Source of the DNA: Mycobacteriales bacterium
Lineage (GTDB): Bacteria > Actinomycetota > Actinomycetes > Mycobacteriales > Pseudonocardiaceae
Length of the DNA: 58,360 bases
Direction: 5' to 3'
Assembly: GCA_038320445.1 (NCBI GenBank)
Contig: JBBQEF010000001.1
Span: 1-58,360, forward strand
Shown: piece after piece, positions 41,412-50,372 of the stretch
Layout: each line of letters begins with the position of its first letter
Numbering within the stretch: position 1 is the stretch's first letter
Position numbers and translations under genes: made by a program
The notes under the pieces: model-generated
Seen by the model: only the letters and a program-made list of their open reading frames with translations
The model's database searches: none
What the model was told of the DNA's origin: nothing

Positions 41412-41759
41412 ATGGCCATGTCAGGTGGCAACGCGATCCGAGGTACCCGGGTGGGTGCCGGTCCGATGGGCGAGTCCGAGCGCGGCGAGACCGCTCCCCG
41501 GTCGCACATCTCCTACTACTGCACGAACGGCCACGTCACCACGCCGTCGTTCGCGGCCGAGGCCGACATCCCGGATTCGTGGGACTGCCCCCGCTGCGGT
41601 CTGCCCGGTGGGCGCGACAACACGAACCCGCCGGCGGCACCGCGCACGGAGCCGTACAAGACGCACCTCGCCTACGTGAAGGAGCGCCGCAGCGACGAGG
41701 ACGGCGCCGCCATCCTCGAGGAGGCGCTGGGCCGGCTGCGGGCGTCGCGCGAGCTGTAG
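41412..41759 (+). CDS. rbpA: RNA polymerase-binding protein RbpA family
   Basis: IRGTRVG, APR, YYCTNGH, WDCPRCG, KTHLAYVKERRS; GAGGAGG RBS (start 41412 or 41418). Confidence 0.92.
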   Translation: MAMSGGNAIRGTRVGAGPMGESERGETAPRSHISYYCTNGHVTTPSFAAEADIPDSWDCPRCGLPGGRDNTNPPAAPRTEPYKTHLAYVKERRSDEDGAAILEEALGRLRASREL

Positions 41760-41854
41760 GCCCTGCGGTCGTTCCGCGGAGCAGGCGTGATCGTCGTACG
41801 GGAACGTGCTCCGCGTCCCGGTCGTCGATCATGCCCGGCTGAGCTCGGGTCCGC

Positions 41855-42376
41855 TCAGGTGGCGGCGACGGCAGGCAGCTGCCGGGCGATCATCGCCGTG
41901 AGCTGGGCGGCCGTCGTTCCCGGCGGCACGGCCGATGTCGAGACGGTCACCACGCGGGAGCCGCCGACCACGGCGGCGTAGGTGTTGGTGCCGTCGAACC
42001 GGCACACGAACCCGCCGTCGCCGGCCTTCACGTCGGCTCGTGAACCGCGGTCGCAGAGCGCGGCGATCGTGTCGAGCTGAGATGCGGCGTCGTCGGTGGA
42101 TGTGGAGACCTCGACGGTCAGGAATCCTGCTGGACCCGATGATCCCGACGGGTCGTAGACGCATCGCGTGTCGGTGGCCGTGGACTGGTCGGGAGTCCAT
42201 GTGAGTCCGGTGGCCGCCGTGAGAGCGGCTGTATCGAGCACGCACGCGGCCGGCGGGGCCGGTGGCTGGGCCCGCGGCGCGGGATCGGGCGTGATCGGGC
42301 CGGCGGCGGCGGAGCAGCCGCCGAGCAGTCCCAGGGTGATCAGCGCGGCGGTCGCCGCGCATCCGGTCCGTGGCAT
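41855..42376 (-). CDS. putative lipoprotein (DUF3558-like)
   Basis: Signal peptide with lipobox LGGC, Pro-rich linker, four further Cys (ACVLD, RCVY, LCD, VCR). Confidence 0.75.
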   Translation of the reverse strand: MPRTGCAATAALITLGLLGGCSAAAGPITPDPAPRAQPPAPPAACVLDTAALTAATGLTWTPDQSTATDTRCVYDPSGSSGPAGFLTVEVSTSTDDAASQLDTIAALCDRGSRADVKAGDGGFVCRFDGTNTYAAVVGGSRVVTVSTSAVPPGTTAAQLTAMIARQLPAVAAT

Positions 42377-42378
42377 GG

Positions 42379-42858
42379 TCAGCCCAGCGCCGCCTCGATG
42401 GCCGCCACGACCTCCGGTGAGGTCGGCTCGGTGCGCGGCCGGAAGCGGTGCAGGACGGTGCCGTCCGCGCCGACGAGGAACTTCTCGAAGTTCCACGGCA
42501 CGTCGCCCGCCGCGCCGTCGCCGTCGGGGGTGGCGGTGAGCCCGGCGTGGAGCGGGTGCCGGCCCGGGCCGTTGACGTCGACCTTCTCCGTCATCGGGAA
42601 GCCGACGCCGTAGGTGGCCGAGCAGAACGTGGCGATCTCCGTGGCGGTGCCGGGCTCCTGGCCGCCGAACTGGTTGCACGGCACGCCGAGCACGGTGAAC
42701 CCGCGGTCGGCGTAGCGCTCCTGCAGCTGCTCGAGTCCGGCGTACTGCGGCGTGAGGCCGCACGTCGACGCGACGTTGACGACGAGCACGGTGCGGCCGT
42801 CGAGAGGGGGGAGCGGCGAGCCGTCGAGTGCGGCGATCGGGGTGTCGAGAACGGGCAT
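42379..42858 (-). CDS. glutathione peroxidase-like (Cys-type, BtuE/Mpx-like)
   Basis: VNVASTCGLTPQY, PCNQFGGQEPG, WNFEKFLV. Confidence 0.95.
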   Translation of the reverse strand: MPVLDTPIAALDGSPLPPLDGRTVLVVNVASTCGLTPQYAGLEQLQERYADRGFTVLGVPCNQFGGQEPGTATEIATFCSATYGVGFPMTEKVDVNGPGRHPLHAGLTATPDGDGAAGDVPWNFEKFLVGADGTVLHRFRPRTEPTSPEVVAAIEAALG

Positions 42859-42891
42859 GATTCCGAGCCTACGGCGCGCTAGTCTCCGATC

Positions 42892-44154
42892 ATGACGCGG
42901 TGGACGCTGCCTCCCGACAAGATCCCGAGTGCGTGGTTCAACGTGGTGCCCCACCTCGCGAGCCCCCCGCAGCCGCCGCTGCACCCGGGCACGCGGCAGC
43001 CGGTGGGCCCCGACGACCTCGCCCCGCTGTTCCCGATGGCCCTGATCGGGCAGGAGGTGAGCGCCGAGCCGTGGATCGACATCCCCGGTGAGGTGCTCGA
43101 CATCCTGCGCCTGTGGCGCCCGACCCCGTTGCAGCGCGCGGTACGACTGGAGAAGGCGCTCGGCACGCCCGCGCGGATCTACTTCAAGGACGAGTCGGTC
43201 TCTCCCGCGGGCAGCCACAAGCCCAACACCGCCGTGCCACAGGCCTATTACAACAAGCAGGAAGGGATCGCCCGGCTGTCCACGGAGACCGGCGCCGGCC
43301 AGTGGGGCACGGCGCTCGCGTTCGCGTGCGCGCAGTTCGACCTGGAGCTCAAGGTCTACATGGTCCGGGCGTCCTACGACCAGAAGCCCTACCGGCGGAT
43401 CGCGATCGAGACGTGGGGCGGCGAGGTCGTCCCGTCGCCCGTCGACGACCCCGGCCACCCCGGGTCGCTCGGCTCCGCCATCTCCGACGCGGTGCGCGAC
43501 TGCGTCGGCCGCACCGACACCCACTACGCGCTGGGCTCGGTGCTCAACCACGTGTTGCTGCACCAGACGGTGATCGGGATCGAGGCCAAGGAGCAGCTGG
43601 CGCTGGCCGGGGAGCGGCTGCCCGACGTCGTCATCGCGCCGTGCGGTGGCGGCTCCAACCTGGGCGGCATCGCGTTCCCGTTCGTCCCGGACAGTGACGT
43701 GCGGCTGCTGGCCGTCGAGCCGCTGTCGTGCCCGACGCTGACCCAAGGCGAGTTCGGCTACGACTTCGGCGACACCGAGGGGCTGACCCCGCTGCTGCCG
43801 ATGTACAGCCTCGGCGCGAAGTTCGTGCCGCCGTCGATCCACGCGGGCGGGCTGCGCTACCACGGCGACTCGCCGCTGATCTCCCAGCTCGTCCGCGACG
43901 GCCGGATGGAGGCCGTCGCCTACCCGCAGGGCAAGGTGTTCGAGGCCGCCGTGCAGTTCGCGCGCACCGAGGGCAAGATCCCGGCGCCGGAGTGCGGGCA
44001 CGCCATCCGCGCCGCGATCGACGAGGCGCTGGCCGCGAAGGAGACGGGCGAGGAGAAGGTGATCCTCTTCAACTACTGTGGCCACGGCTTCCTCGACCTC
44101 TCGGCCTACGACGACTACACCAACGGCCGGCTGCCGGAGGAACAAGGGTCCTAG
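42892..44154 (+). CDS. trpB2: TrpB2-type PLP enzyme (tryptophan synthase beta chain 2)
   Basis: [44 protein letters not shown]. Confidence 0.92.
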   Translation: MTRWTLPPDKIPSAWFNVVPHLASPPQPPLHPGTRQPVGPDDLAPLFPMALIGQEVSAEPWIDIPGEVLDILRLWRPTPLQRAVRLEKALGTPARIYFKDESVSPAGSHKPNTAVPQAYYNKQEGIARLSTETGAGQWGTALAFACAQFDLELKVYMVRASYDQKPYRRIAIETWGGEVVPSPVDDPGHPGSLGSAISDAVRDCVGRTDTHYALGSVLNHVLLHQTVIGIEAKEQLALAGERLPDVVIAPCGGGSNLGGIAFPFVPDSDVRLLAVEPLSCPTLTQGEFGYDFGDTEGLTPLLPMYSLGAKFVPPSIHAGGLRYHGDSPLISQLVRDGRMEAVAYPQGKVFEAAVQFARTEGKIPAPECGHAIRAAIDEALAAKETGEEKVILFNYCGHGFLDLSAYDDYTNGRLPEEQGS

Positions 44155-44162
44155 CAGCCGCA

Positions 44163-44200
44163 GCCCGCTGCTGCGACGCCCGGTGGTCAGCAGCGCGGGC
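44163..44200. terminator. hairpin between convergent trpB2 and pgl
   Basis: gcccgctgctg pairs with cagcagcgcgggc (small bulge). Confidence 0.5.
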
Positions 44201-44301
44201 CTGAGCGGCTCGGTGATCGCCACGACCCGCACCTCACCGCCCCGGCTGGGGCGCAGGTGTGCGGATCGCCGCGATCATTGGCCCGGATCGCACCGCACGG
44301 G

Positions 44302-45087
44302 TCAGCCGATCGCCGGCACCAGGTCGCGGGGCAGCTTGGAGGCCGCGGCCCGGTCCAGCAGCCAGCGGGTGCGGCGGCGGCCCTGGGCACCGGCGACCGG
44401 GATCGCGACCTCACCGGCCCCGCCGAGCGCCATCGCCACCACGGCGGCCTTCTCCTCGCCTGCGGTCACGATCCACACCTCGGCCGCACGCCGGATGGCG
44501 GGCAGCGTCATCGAGACGCGCGTGGGCGGCGGCTTCGGGCAGCCGTGCACCGCCACCACCGTGCGTTCGGTCTCGTAGACGGCGGGGGAGTGCGGGAACA
44601 CCGACGCGGTGTGGCCCTCGCCGCCCATGCCGAGCATCAGCACGTCGAACGACGGTACCGGGCCGTGGTCCTCGGGCCTGGCCTTGCGGGCGAGCAGATC
44701 GGCGTACTCCGCCGCCGCCGCCTCCGCCCCGGACGGGCCGGTGCCCTGGTCGGCGCCCATCGGGAAGACCTTCGCCGGATCCACGCGGATGTGGTCGAGC
44801 AGCGCCGCGCGGGCCTGGGTCTCGTTGCGCTCGGGATCGCCGGGTGGCAGGAACCGCTCGTCGCCCCAGTAGAACTCGACGTTGCCCCAGTCGACGGCGT
44901 CGCGGGCCACGGTGGCCCGGACCTGCTCCAGCATCGCGATGCCGACCCCGCCGCCGGTCAGCACGATCTTCGGGACGCTCCCCGCCGACTGCAGGTCGAC
45001 CAGGCGGGTGATGAGCCGGGCGGCCACCGCGGTGGCGAGCACGTTGGGCTGGCTGTGGACGGCGATGTCGGGTGCGGCAGCCATCAT
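44302..45087 (-). CDS. pgl: 6-phosphogluconolactonase
   Basis: LTGGG, WGDERF, LGMGGEGHTASVFP, PKPPPTRVSMT. Confidence 0.96.
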   Translation of the reverse strand: MMAAAPDIAVHSQPNVLATAVAARLITRLVDLQSAGSVPKIVLTGGGVGIAMLEQVRATVARDAVDWGNVEFYWGDERFLPPGDPERNETQARAALLDHIRVDPAKVFPMGADQGTGPSGAEAAAAEYADLLARKARPEDHGPVPSFDVLMLGMGGEGHTASVFPHSPAVYETERTVVAVHGCPKPPPTRVSMTLPAIRRAAEVWIVTAGEEKAAVVAMALGGAGEVAIPVAGAQGRRRTRWLLDRAAASKLPRDLVPAIG

Positions 45088-45109
45088 GCCGGGCGCCCCT
45101 CGCGCGTGG

Positions 45110-46078
45110 TCACGATCTTCCCGCCGACGCAGCCGAGACCTTGACCGGGGTGCGGCCCTTGCTGACCGCGCTGATGCCCGACAGCGCCTCACCGTAGATC
45201 TCGTCGGGGTCGAGGCGCCGCAACTCCTCGGCGAGGCAGTCGCGCACCTCCCGTCGGGCCAGTGCGACGAGCCGGTCCGGCTGGCCGGGCTGGCGCAGCG
45301 TGCCGACCTTGCCGTCCGGGCGGGTCAGTTCGACGGGCCCGCCCGTCCGCTCCATCCGCACCGACACGAGCCCGGGCCCGGACGCCGCGGGCGAGCGCTT
45401 GACCTTCGCGCCGAGCCGCACCGCGAGCCAGCCTGCCATCAGGTCGGTCGACGGTGAGACGAGCTCGCCGGCGACCACGGCGGAGGAGACCGCCTCGTGC
45501 GGCGGGTGGTCGAGCGCGGAGGAGAGCAGCGCGCGCCAGGGCGTCAACCGCGTCCACGTGAGGTCCGTGTCGCCCGCGACGTAGTTCGCGCGGCGTTGCT
45601 CGAACGACTTCATCGGGTTCTTCGACGACAGGGCATCGGTGATGCGGCGTTGTGCCAGCTTGCCGACGGGATCCTCGGACGGCTTCGCCGGAGCCTCGCC
45701 GGGCCACCACGCCACGACGGGCGCGTCGGGCAGCAGCAGCGGCATGACCATGCCCGCACCCGCGTCCTCGGCGCCGAGCGGCCCGTAGCCACGCAGGACG
45801 ATCACGTCGCTCGCCCCGGCGTCGCCACCGACCCTGATCTGCGCGTCGAGCCGGGCGGCCGCCTTGCGCTGACCGCGGGCCAGCACGATCACCCGGCACG
45901 GATGCTCACGGCTGGCGGAGTTGGCCGCCTCGATGGCGTTCTCGATGGTGCCGCCGTCGGCGGTGATGATGACGAGCGTCAACACCCGGCCCAGTGCCTG
46001 CACGCCACCGCTCTGGCGCAGCTCGACGAGCTTCTTGTTGACCGCCGACACCGACGTCGAGGGGAGATCTGTGATCAT
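45110..46078 (-). CDS. opcA: glucose-6-phosphate dehydrogenase assembly protein OpcA
   Basis: REHPCRVI, LLLPDAPVVAWWP, RRITD, DLTWTRLTPWR, EELRRLDPD. Confidence 0.95.
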   Translation of the reverse strand: MITDLPSTSVSAVNKKLVELRQSGGVQALGRVLTLVIITADGGTIENAIEAANSASREHPCRVIVLARGQRKAAARLDAQIRVGGDAGASDVIVLRGYGPLGAEDAGAGMVMPLLLPDAPVVAWWPGEAPAKPSEDPVGKLAQRRITDALSSKNPMKSFEQRRANYVAGDTDLTWTRLTPWRALLSSALDHPPHEAVSSAVVAGELVSPSTDLMAGWLAVRLGAKVKRSPAASGPGLVSVRMERTGGPVELTRPDGKVGTLRQPGQPDRLVALARREVRDCLAEELRRLDPDEIYGEALSGISAVSKGRTPVKVSAASAGRS

Positions 46079-46106
46079 GCTGGCCTCGCAGGCTCGGACT
46101 CGGGGA

Positions 46107-47645
46107 TCACGGCCTTCTCCAGGTTCGTCCGGTGCGGGCGAGCATGGCGGCGGCGGACTCGGGCCCCCAGGACCCGGCTGGATAGGGGGCGGGCCCGGAC
46201 TCGTCCGCCGCCCAGTGCTCGATGACGGGGTCGAGGATCTCCCAGGACCGTTCCACCTCGTCGTTGACGGGGAACAGCGACGGCTCGCCGAGCAGCACGT
46301 CGAGGATCAGCCGCTCGTAGGCCTCGGGGGACGCCTCGGTGAACGCGGTGCCGTACCCGAAGTCCATCGTGACGTCACGGACCTCCATCAGGCTGCCCGG
46401 CACCTTGGACCCGAACCGCATGGTGACGCCCTCGTCGGGCTGCACACGGATGACGAACGCGTTCTGGCCGAGCTCCTCGGTCATGGTCGCGTCGAACGGG
46501 AGGTGCGGGGCGCGCTTGAAGATCACGGCGATCTCCGTGACGCGGCGGCCCAGCCGCTTGCCGGTGCGCAGGTAGAACGGCACGCCGGCCCAGCGGCGGG
46601 TGTCGATCTCGCACGTGATCGCCGCGTAGGTCTCGGTGCCGGACTCGGGGTTGAACCCCTCCTCCTCCTTCAGCCCGGGGACGAGCTCGCCGCCCTGCCA
46701 GCCGCCCGAGTACTGACCACGGGCGGTGGTCTCGTCCAGGGGGCCGACGAGCTTGGTGGCGTTCAGCACCTTGATCTTCTCGCTGCGCAGCTCGTTGGAC
46801 GAGAACGAGGTGGGCTCCTCCATCGCGATGAACGCGAGCAGCTGCAGAAGGTGGTTCTGGATCACGTCGCGCGCGGCGCCGATGCCGTCGTAGTACCCGG
46901 CGCGCCCGCCGAGGCCGATGTCCTCGGCCATCGTGATCTGCACGTGGTCGACGTAGTGGGAGTTCCAGATCGGCTCGAACAGCTGGTTGGCGAAGCGCAG
47001 CGCGAGGATGTTCTGGACGGTCTCCTTGCCGAGGTAGTGGTCGATGCGGAACACCGAGTCCTCGGGGAACACCTCGTTGACGATGCCGTTGAGCTCGATC
47101 GCCGACTTCAGGTCGTGGCCGAACGGCTTCTCGATCACCACCCGGCGCCACTGGTCGAGGCCCTCCTGCGCCGACAGCCCCGACCGTGCGAGCTGCTTGC
47201 ACACCACGGGGAAGGCGTTGGGCGGGATCGACAGGTAGAACGCGTGGTTGCCGTTGGTGCCGCGGATCCGGTCGAGCTCCTCGACGGTCTCCTCGAGCTC
47301 GTCGAACGCGTTGTCGTCGTCGAACGTGCCCTGGACGAACCGGAAGCCCTCGGCGAGCCGGTCCCACACCGTCTGGTTGAACGGGGTGCGGGCGTGCTCC
47401 TTGACCGCGTCGAGGACGACCTGTCCGAAGTCCTCCGTGGCCCAGTCGCGCCGGGCGAAGCCGGTGAGCGCGAAGCCCGGTGGCAGCAGCCCGCGGTTGG
47501 CGAGGTCGTAGATGGCGGGCATCAGCTTCTTGCGCGAGAGGTCCCCGGTGACCCCGAAGATCACCAGCCCGCAGGGGCCCGCGATCCGCGGCAGGCGCTT
47601 GTCCCGCGGGTCGCGGAGCGGGTTGACCCACTCCGTCGTCGTCAC
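46107..47645 (-). CDS. zwf: glucose-6-phosphate 1-dehydrogenase
   Basis: FGVTGDL, IEKPFG, RIDHYLGKE, RDVIQNH, GVPFYLRTGK. Confidence 0.98.
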   Translation of the reverse strand: MTTTEWVNPLRDPRDKRLPRIAGPCGLVIFGVTGDLSRKKLMPAIYDLANRGLLPPGFALTGFARRDWATEDFGQVVLDAVKEHARTPFNQTVWDRLAEGFRFVQGTFDDDNAFDELEETVEELDRIRGTNGNHAFYLSIPPNAFPVVCKQLARSGLSAQEGLDQWRRVVIEKPFGHDLKSAIELNGIVNEVFPEDSVFRIDHYLGKETVQNILALRFANQLFEPIWNSHYVDHVQITMAEDIGLGGRAGYYDGIGAARDVIQNHLLQLLAFIAMEEPTSFSSNELRSEKIKVLNATKLVGPLDETTARGQYSGGWQGGELVPGLKEEEGFNPESGTETYAAITCEIDTRRWAGVPFYLRTGKRLGRRVTEIAVIFKRAPHLPFDATMTEELGQNAFVIRVQPDEGVTMRFGSKVPGSLMEVRDVTMDFGYGTAFTEASPEAYERLILDVLLGEPSLFPVNDEVERSWEILDPVIEHWAADESGPAPYPAGSWGPESAAAMLARTGRTWRRP

Positions 47646-47730
47646 TGCGTCGCCCCGATCGAAGCGGAACTCATGTGAGCGTCTCCCAGCGATGTCGTTC
47701 GATCTTGCCGCCATCATGGCAGCGATCGGA

Positions 47731-49239
47731 TCAGAGTTCTTGCACGGCGCGCACGAGCGTGACCAGCCCGACCACCCTGTCGGTGAGATGCAGCCGGAGC
47801 ACCCGGCGCCCGCGCTCGGCGAGCGCAGCGGCGTCGGCGCTCGCGTGTGCCTGCTGGAGCTCGCCCAGCGGGTCGTGCTCGGCCGCGTCGGGGTCGCCCG
47901 CGCCGGTCAGCTGGCACACCAGCGCACCGGCCGGGCCGCCCTTGACGCGCTGGCCGGAGCCCGGCAGGCAGCGCGGCGCCCAGCCGAACGTGGTGAGGCG
48001 CCCGGCCCGGCGGGACAGCTCGGGCCGCAGCACGGCCACCGAGGCGTCCTCGTGGGGGTCGAGGTAGGCGTGCAGGGCCACGTGTGACGGTGCATCCGAG
48101 GAATCGGCACCGTCGAGAAGCGCCCGCAGCGCACCGGTGACGGTGGTCGTTCCCCGCGGGAGCCAGTCGCCGGCGTGCACGGCGACCATGCCGTCGACGA
48201 AGGCCGCATCGGCTGCCGGATCCGGTCCGGCGCTCCCGCCGCGCGGCGTCGCGTCGGGCCGGTCGGTCGGGTCGACCCCCAGCAGGTGGGCGGCCACCGC
48301 CGTGGCGCGCTGCCAGAGCACGATCTGGCTGCCGGTCGGGCCGTCGGTGACGACGTCGGCGGGGCCGACCGCCTCCACGGCCACGGTGAGCGCCCCGGCG
48401 GTGTCCCAGCCCGGCGCACCCGGTTCCTCCACCAGCACCGGCAGCGGCCCCCGGCCGTCCTTGCCCAGGCCGGCCCCGATCAGCTGGGCCACCCACTCGG
48501 CGAGCGGCCCGCCGCCCGCCACGACCACCACCGGCTGGGCGGCCAGCAGCGCGCCGAGCGCGACCGCCGGGTTGGCGGGGTCGTCCGCGGCGAGCGCGGG
48601 ACCGGTGTCGGTGGCGTCGGCGAGCACGATGCCGACGTCGGCGCCCGCCAGCCCGGCCGGCACCAGCGCGAACGCCGTCAGTGCCGCCCACGGCCCGTCG
48701 ACGTCGGCCGGCCCCAGCACGGTGGTGGCGCCCGCGGCCCGGCCGATCAGCGGGCCGTCGGGGGCGGTGACCAGCACCGTGTGGGCGTCGGCGTCGAGCC
48801 CCTCGCCACGGAACGCGGCCACGACCGTGTCCCAGAGCAGCTCGACGGCGCTCGTGTCCTCGCCGGGAGGCGCGCTCACCACGAGAACGGTGGACCCCAG
48901 GTCGCCGGCGAGCGCGTCGGCCACCTGCACCGGGTCGGTTCCGTCGAGGACGATCAGCCGGGGATCACCGTCGACGAGCACCTCCGCGGCCACCCCGACC
49001 CCGCCGGCCGCGGCCAGGACCACGCGCGTCATGCCGGCCACCCGCAGGCGCTCGTGCAGGCCCTCGATCTCCCCGACCAGCGGCCGGGCGACCCGGGCCG
49101 CGGAGACCCAGCCCGGGCGGGCCGCCCGCGGCCACACGCCGGCGTCACCGCCGGCGATCCGGGAGGCGACGGCGTCGCCGACCAGCCGCCCGACCGCAGC
49201 CGGCGGCAGGACGGCGAACGCCACCGCGTCCAGGTGCAT
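47731..49239 (-). CDS. pgi: glucose-6-phosphate isomerase homolog with degenerate active site
   Basis: Between tal and zwf; retains scaffold motifs TDPVQVADALAGDL, ALTAFALVPA, AYLD, TTFGW, VLRLHLTDR; catalytic motifs altered. Confidence 0.85.
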   Translation of the reverse strand: MHLDAVAFAVLPPAAVGRLVGDAVASRIAGGDAGVWPRAARPGWVSAARVARPLVGEIEGLHERLRVAGMTRVVLAAAGGVGVAAEVLVDGDPRLIVLDGTDPVQVADALAGDLGSTVLVVSAPPGEDTSAVELLWDTVVAAFRGEGLDADAHTVLVTAPDGPLIGRAAGATTVLGPADVDGPWAALTAFALVPAGLAGADVGIVLADATDTGPALAADDPANPAVALGALLAAQPVVVVAGGGPLAEWVAQLIGAGLGKDGRGPLPVLVEEPGAPGWDTAGALTVAVEAVGPADVVTDGPTGSQIVLWQRATAVAAHLLGVDPTDRPDATPRGGSAGPDPAADAAFVDGMVAVHAGDWLPRGTTTVTGALRALLDGADSSDAPSHVALHAYLDPHEDASVAVLRPELSRRAGRLTTFGWAPRCLPGSGQRVKGGPAGALVCQLTGAGDPDAAEHDPLGELQQAHASADAAALAERGRRVLRLHLTDRVVGLVTLVRAVQEL

Positions 49240-49250
49240 CTCCCCAGGTG

Positions 49251-50360
49251 CTACTTGGCGCCGTCGAGCTGGCCCTGTACCGACTCCAGGAGCTCGGCCC
49301 AGGACTTCTCGAACTTGTCCACGCCCTCGTCCTCCAGGACGAGGAAGACGTCGGTCAGGTCGATGCCCGCCGCCGCGACGGCGTCGAACACCCCCTGCGC
49401 CTGCGCCGCCGTGCCCGTGACCGCGTCACCGTGCAGCTCGCCGTGGTCGGCGAAGGCCATCATCGTCTTCTCCGGCATGGTGTTGACGGTGTCGGCGACG
49501 ACGAGCTCGGTGACGTACATCGTGTCCGAGTAGTCCGGGTTCTTCACTCCCGTGGAGGCCCACAGCGGCCGCTGCGCCTTGGCGCCCTGGGCGGTCAGCG
49601 CCTCCCAGCGCGGCCCGGAGAACACCTCCTCGAAGGCCGCGTAGGCCAGCCGCGAGTTGGCGATCCCGGCCTGGCCGCGCAGGGCCAGCGCCTCGTCGGT
49701 GCCGATCGCCTCCAGCCGCTTGTCGATCTCGGTGTCGACGCGCGAGACGAAGAAGCTGGCCACCGACGCGATGCCGGCGAGGTTGTGCCCGTTGGCCGCG
49801 GCCTGCTCCAGCCCGTCGAGGTAGGCGCCCATGACGATGCGGTACCGCTCGACCGAGAAGATCAGCGTGACGTTGACCGACACGCCCTCGGCGATGACGC
49901 TCGTGATGGCCGGGACGCCTGCCTCCGTGGCCGGGATCTTGACCAGCAGGTTGGGGCGGTCCACGGCCTTCCACAGGTCCAGCGCCTCGGCGGAGGTGGC
50001 CGCGGTGTCGTGGGCCAGCCGCGGGTCGACCTCGAGCGAGACCCGCCCGTCCACGCCGCCGGAGCCCTCGTAGACGCCGCGGAACACGTCGCAGGCGTGC
50101 ACGACATCGGCCACGGTGATCTCGCGGACGGCGTCGTCGAGGGACGCGCCACGGGCGGCGAGCTCACGGACCTGCTGGTCGTAGGCCTCGCCCTTCGAGA
50201 GGGCGCCCGCGAAGATCGTCGGGTTGGTGGTGACGCCGACGACGTGCTTGTCGGTGATGAGGCCCTGCAGGTTGCCGCTCTGCAGGCGCTCGCGTGACAG
50301 GTCGTCGAGCCAGATGGACACGCCGGCGGCCGCGAGGTCGCCGAGTCGGTCGGTGCTCAT
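49251..50360 (-). CDS. tal: transaldolase
   Basis: [47 protein letters not shown]. Confidence 0.97.
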   Translation of the reverse strand: MSTDRLGDLAAAGVSIWLDDLSRERLQSGNLQGLITDKHVVGVTTNPTIFAGALSKGEAYDQQVRELAARGASLDDAVREITVADVVHACDVFRGVYEGSGGVDGRVSLEVDPRLAHDTAATSAEALDLWKAVDRPNLLVKIPATEAGVPAITSVIAEGVSVNVTLIFSVERYRIVMGAYLDGLEQAAANGHNLAGIASVASFFVSRVDTEIDKRLEAIGTDEALALRGQAGIANSRLAYAAFEEVFSGPRWEALTAQGAKAQRPLWASTGVKNPDYSDTMYVTELVVADTVNTMPEKTMMAFADHGELHGDAVTGTAAQAQGVFDAVAAAGIDLTDVFLVLEDEGVDKFEKSWAELLESVQGQLDGAK

Positions 50361-50372
50361 GATCTCTCCTCT

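Noticed and set aside
47646-47730. Structured RNA between pgi and zwf
   Set aside because: Only a weak imperfect hairpin (about 47698-47730); not enough support without comparative data.
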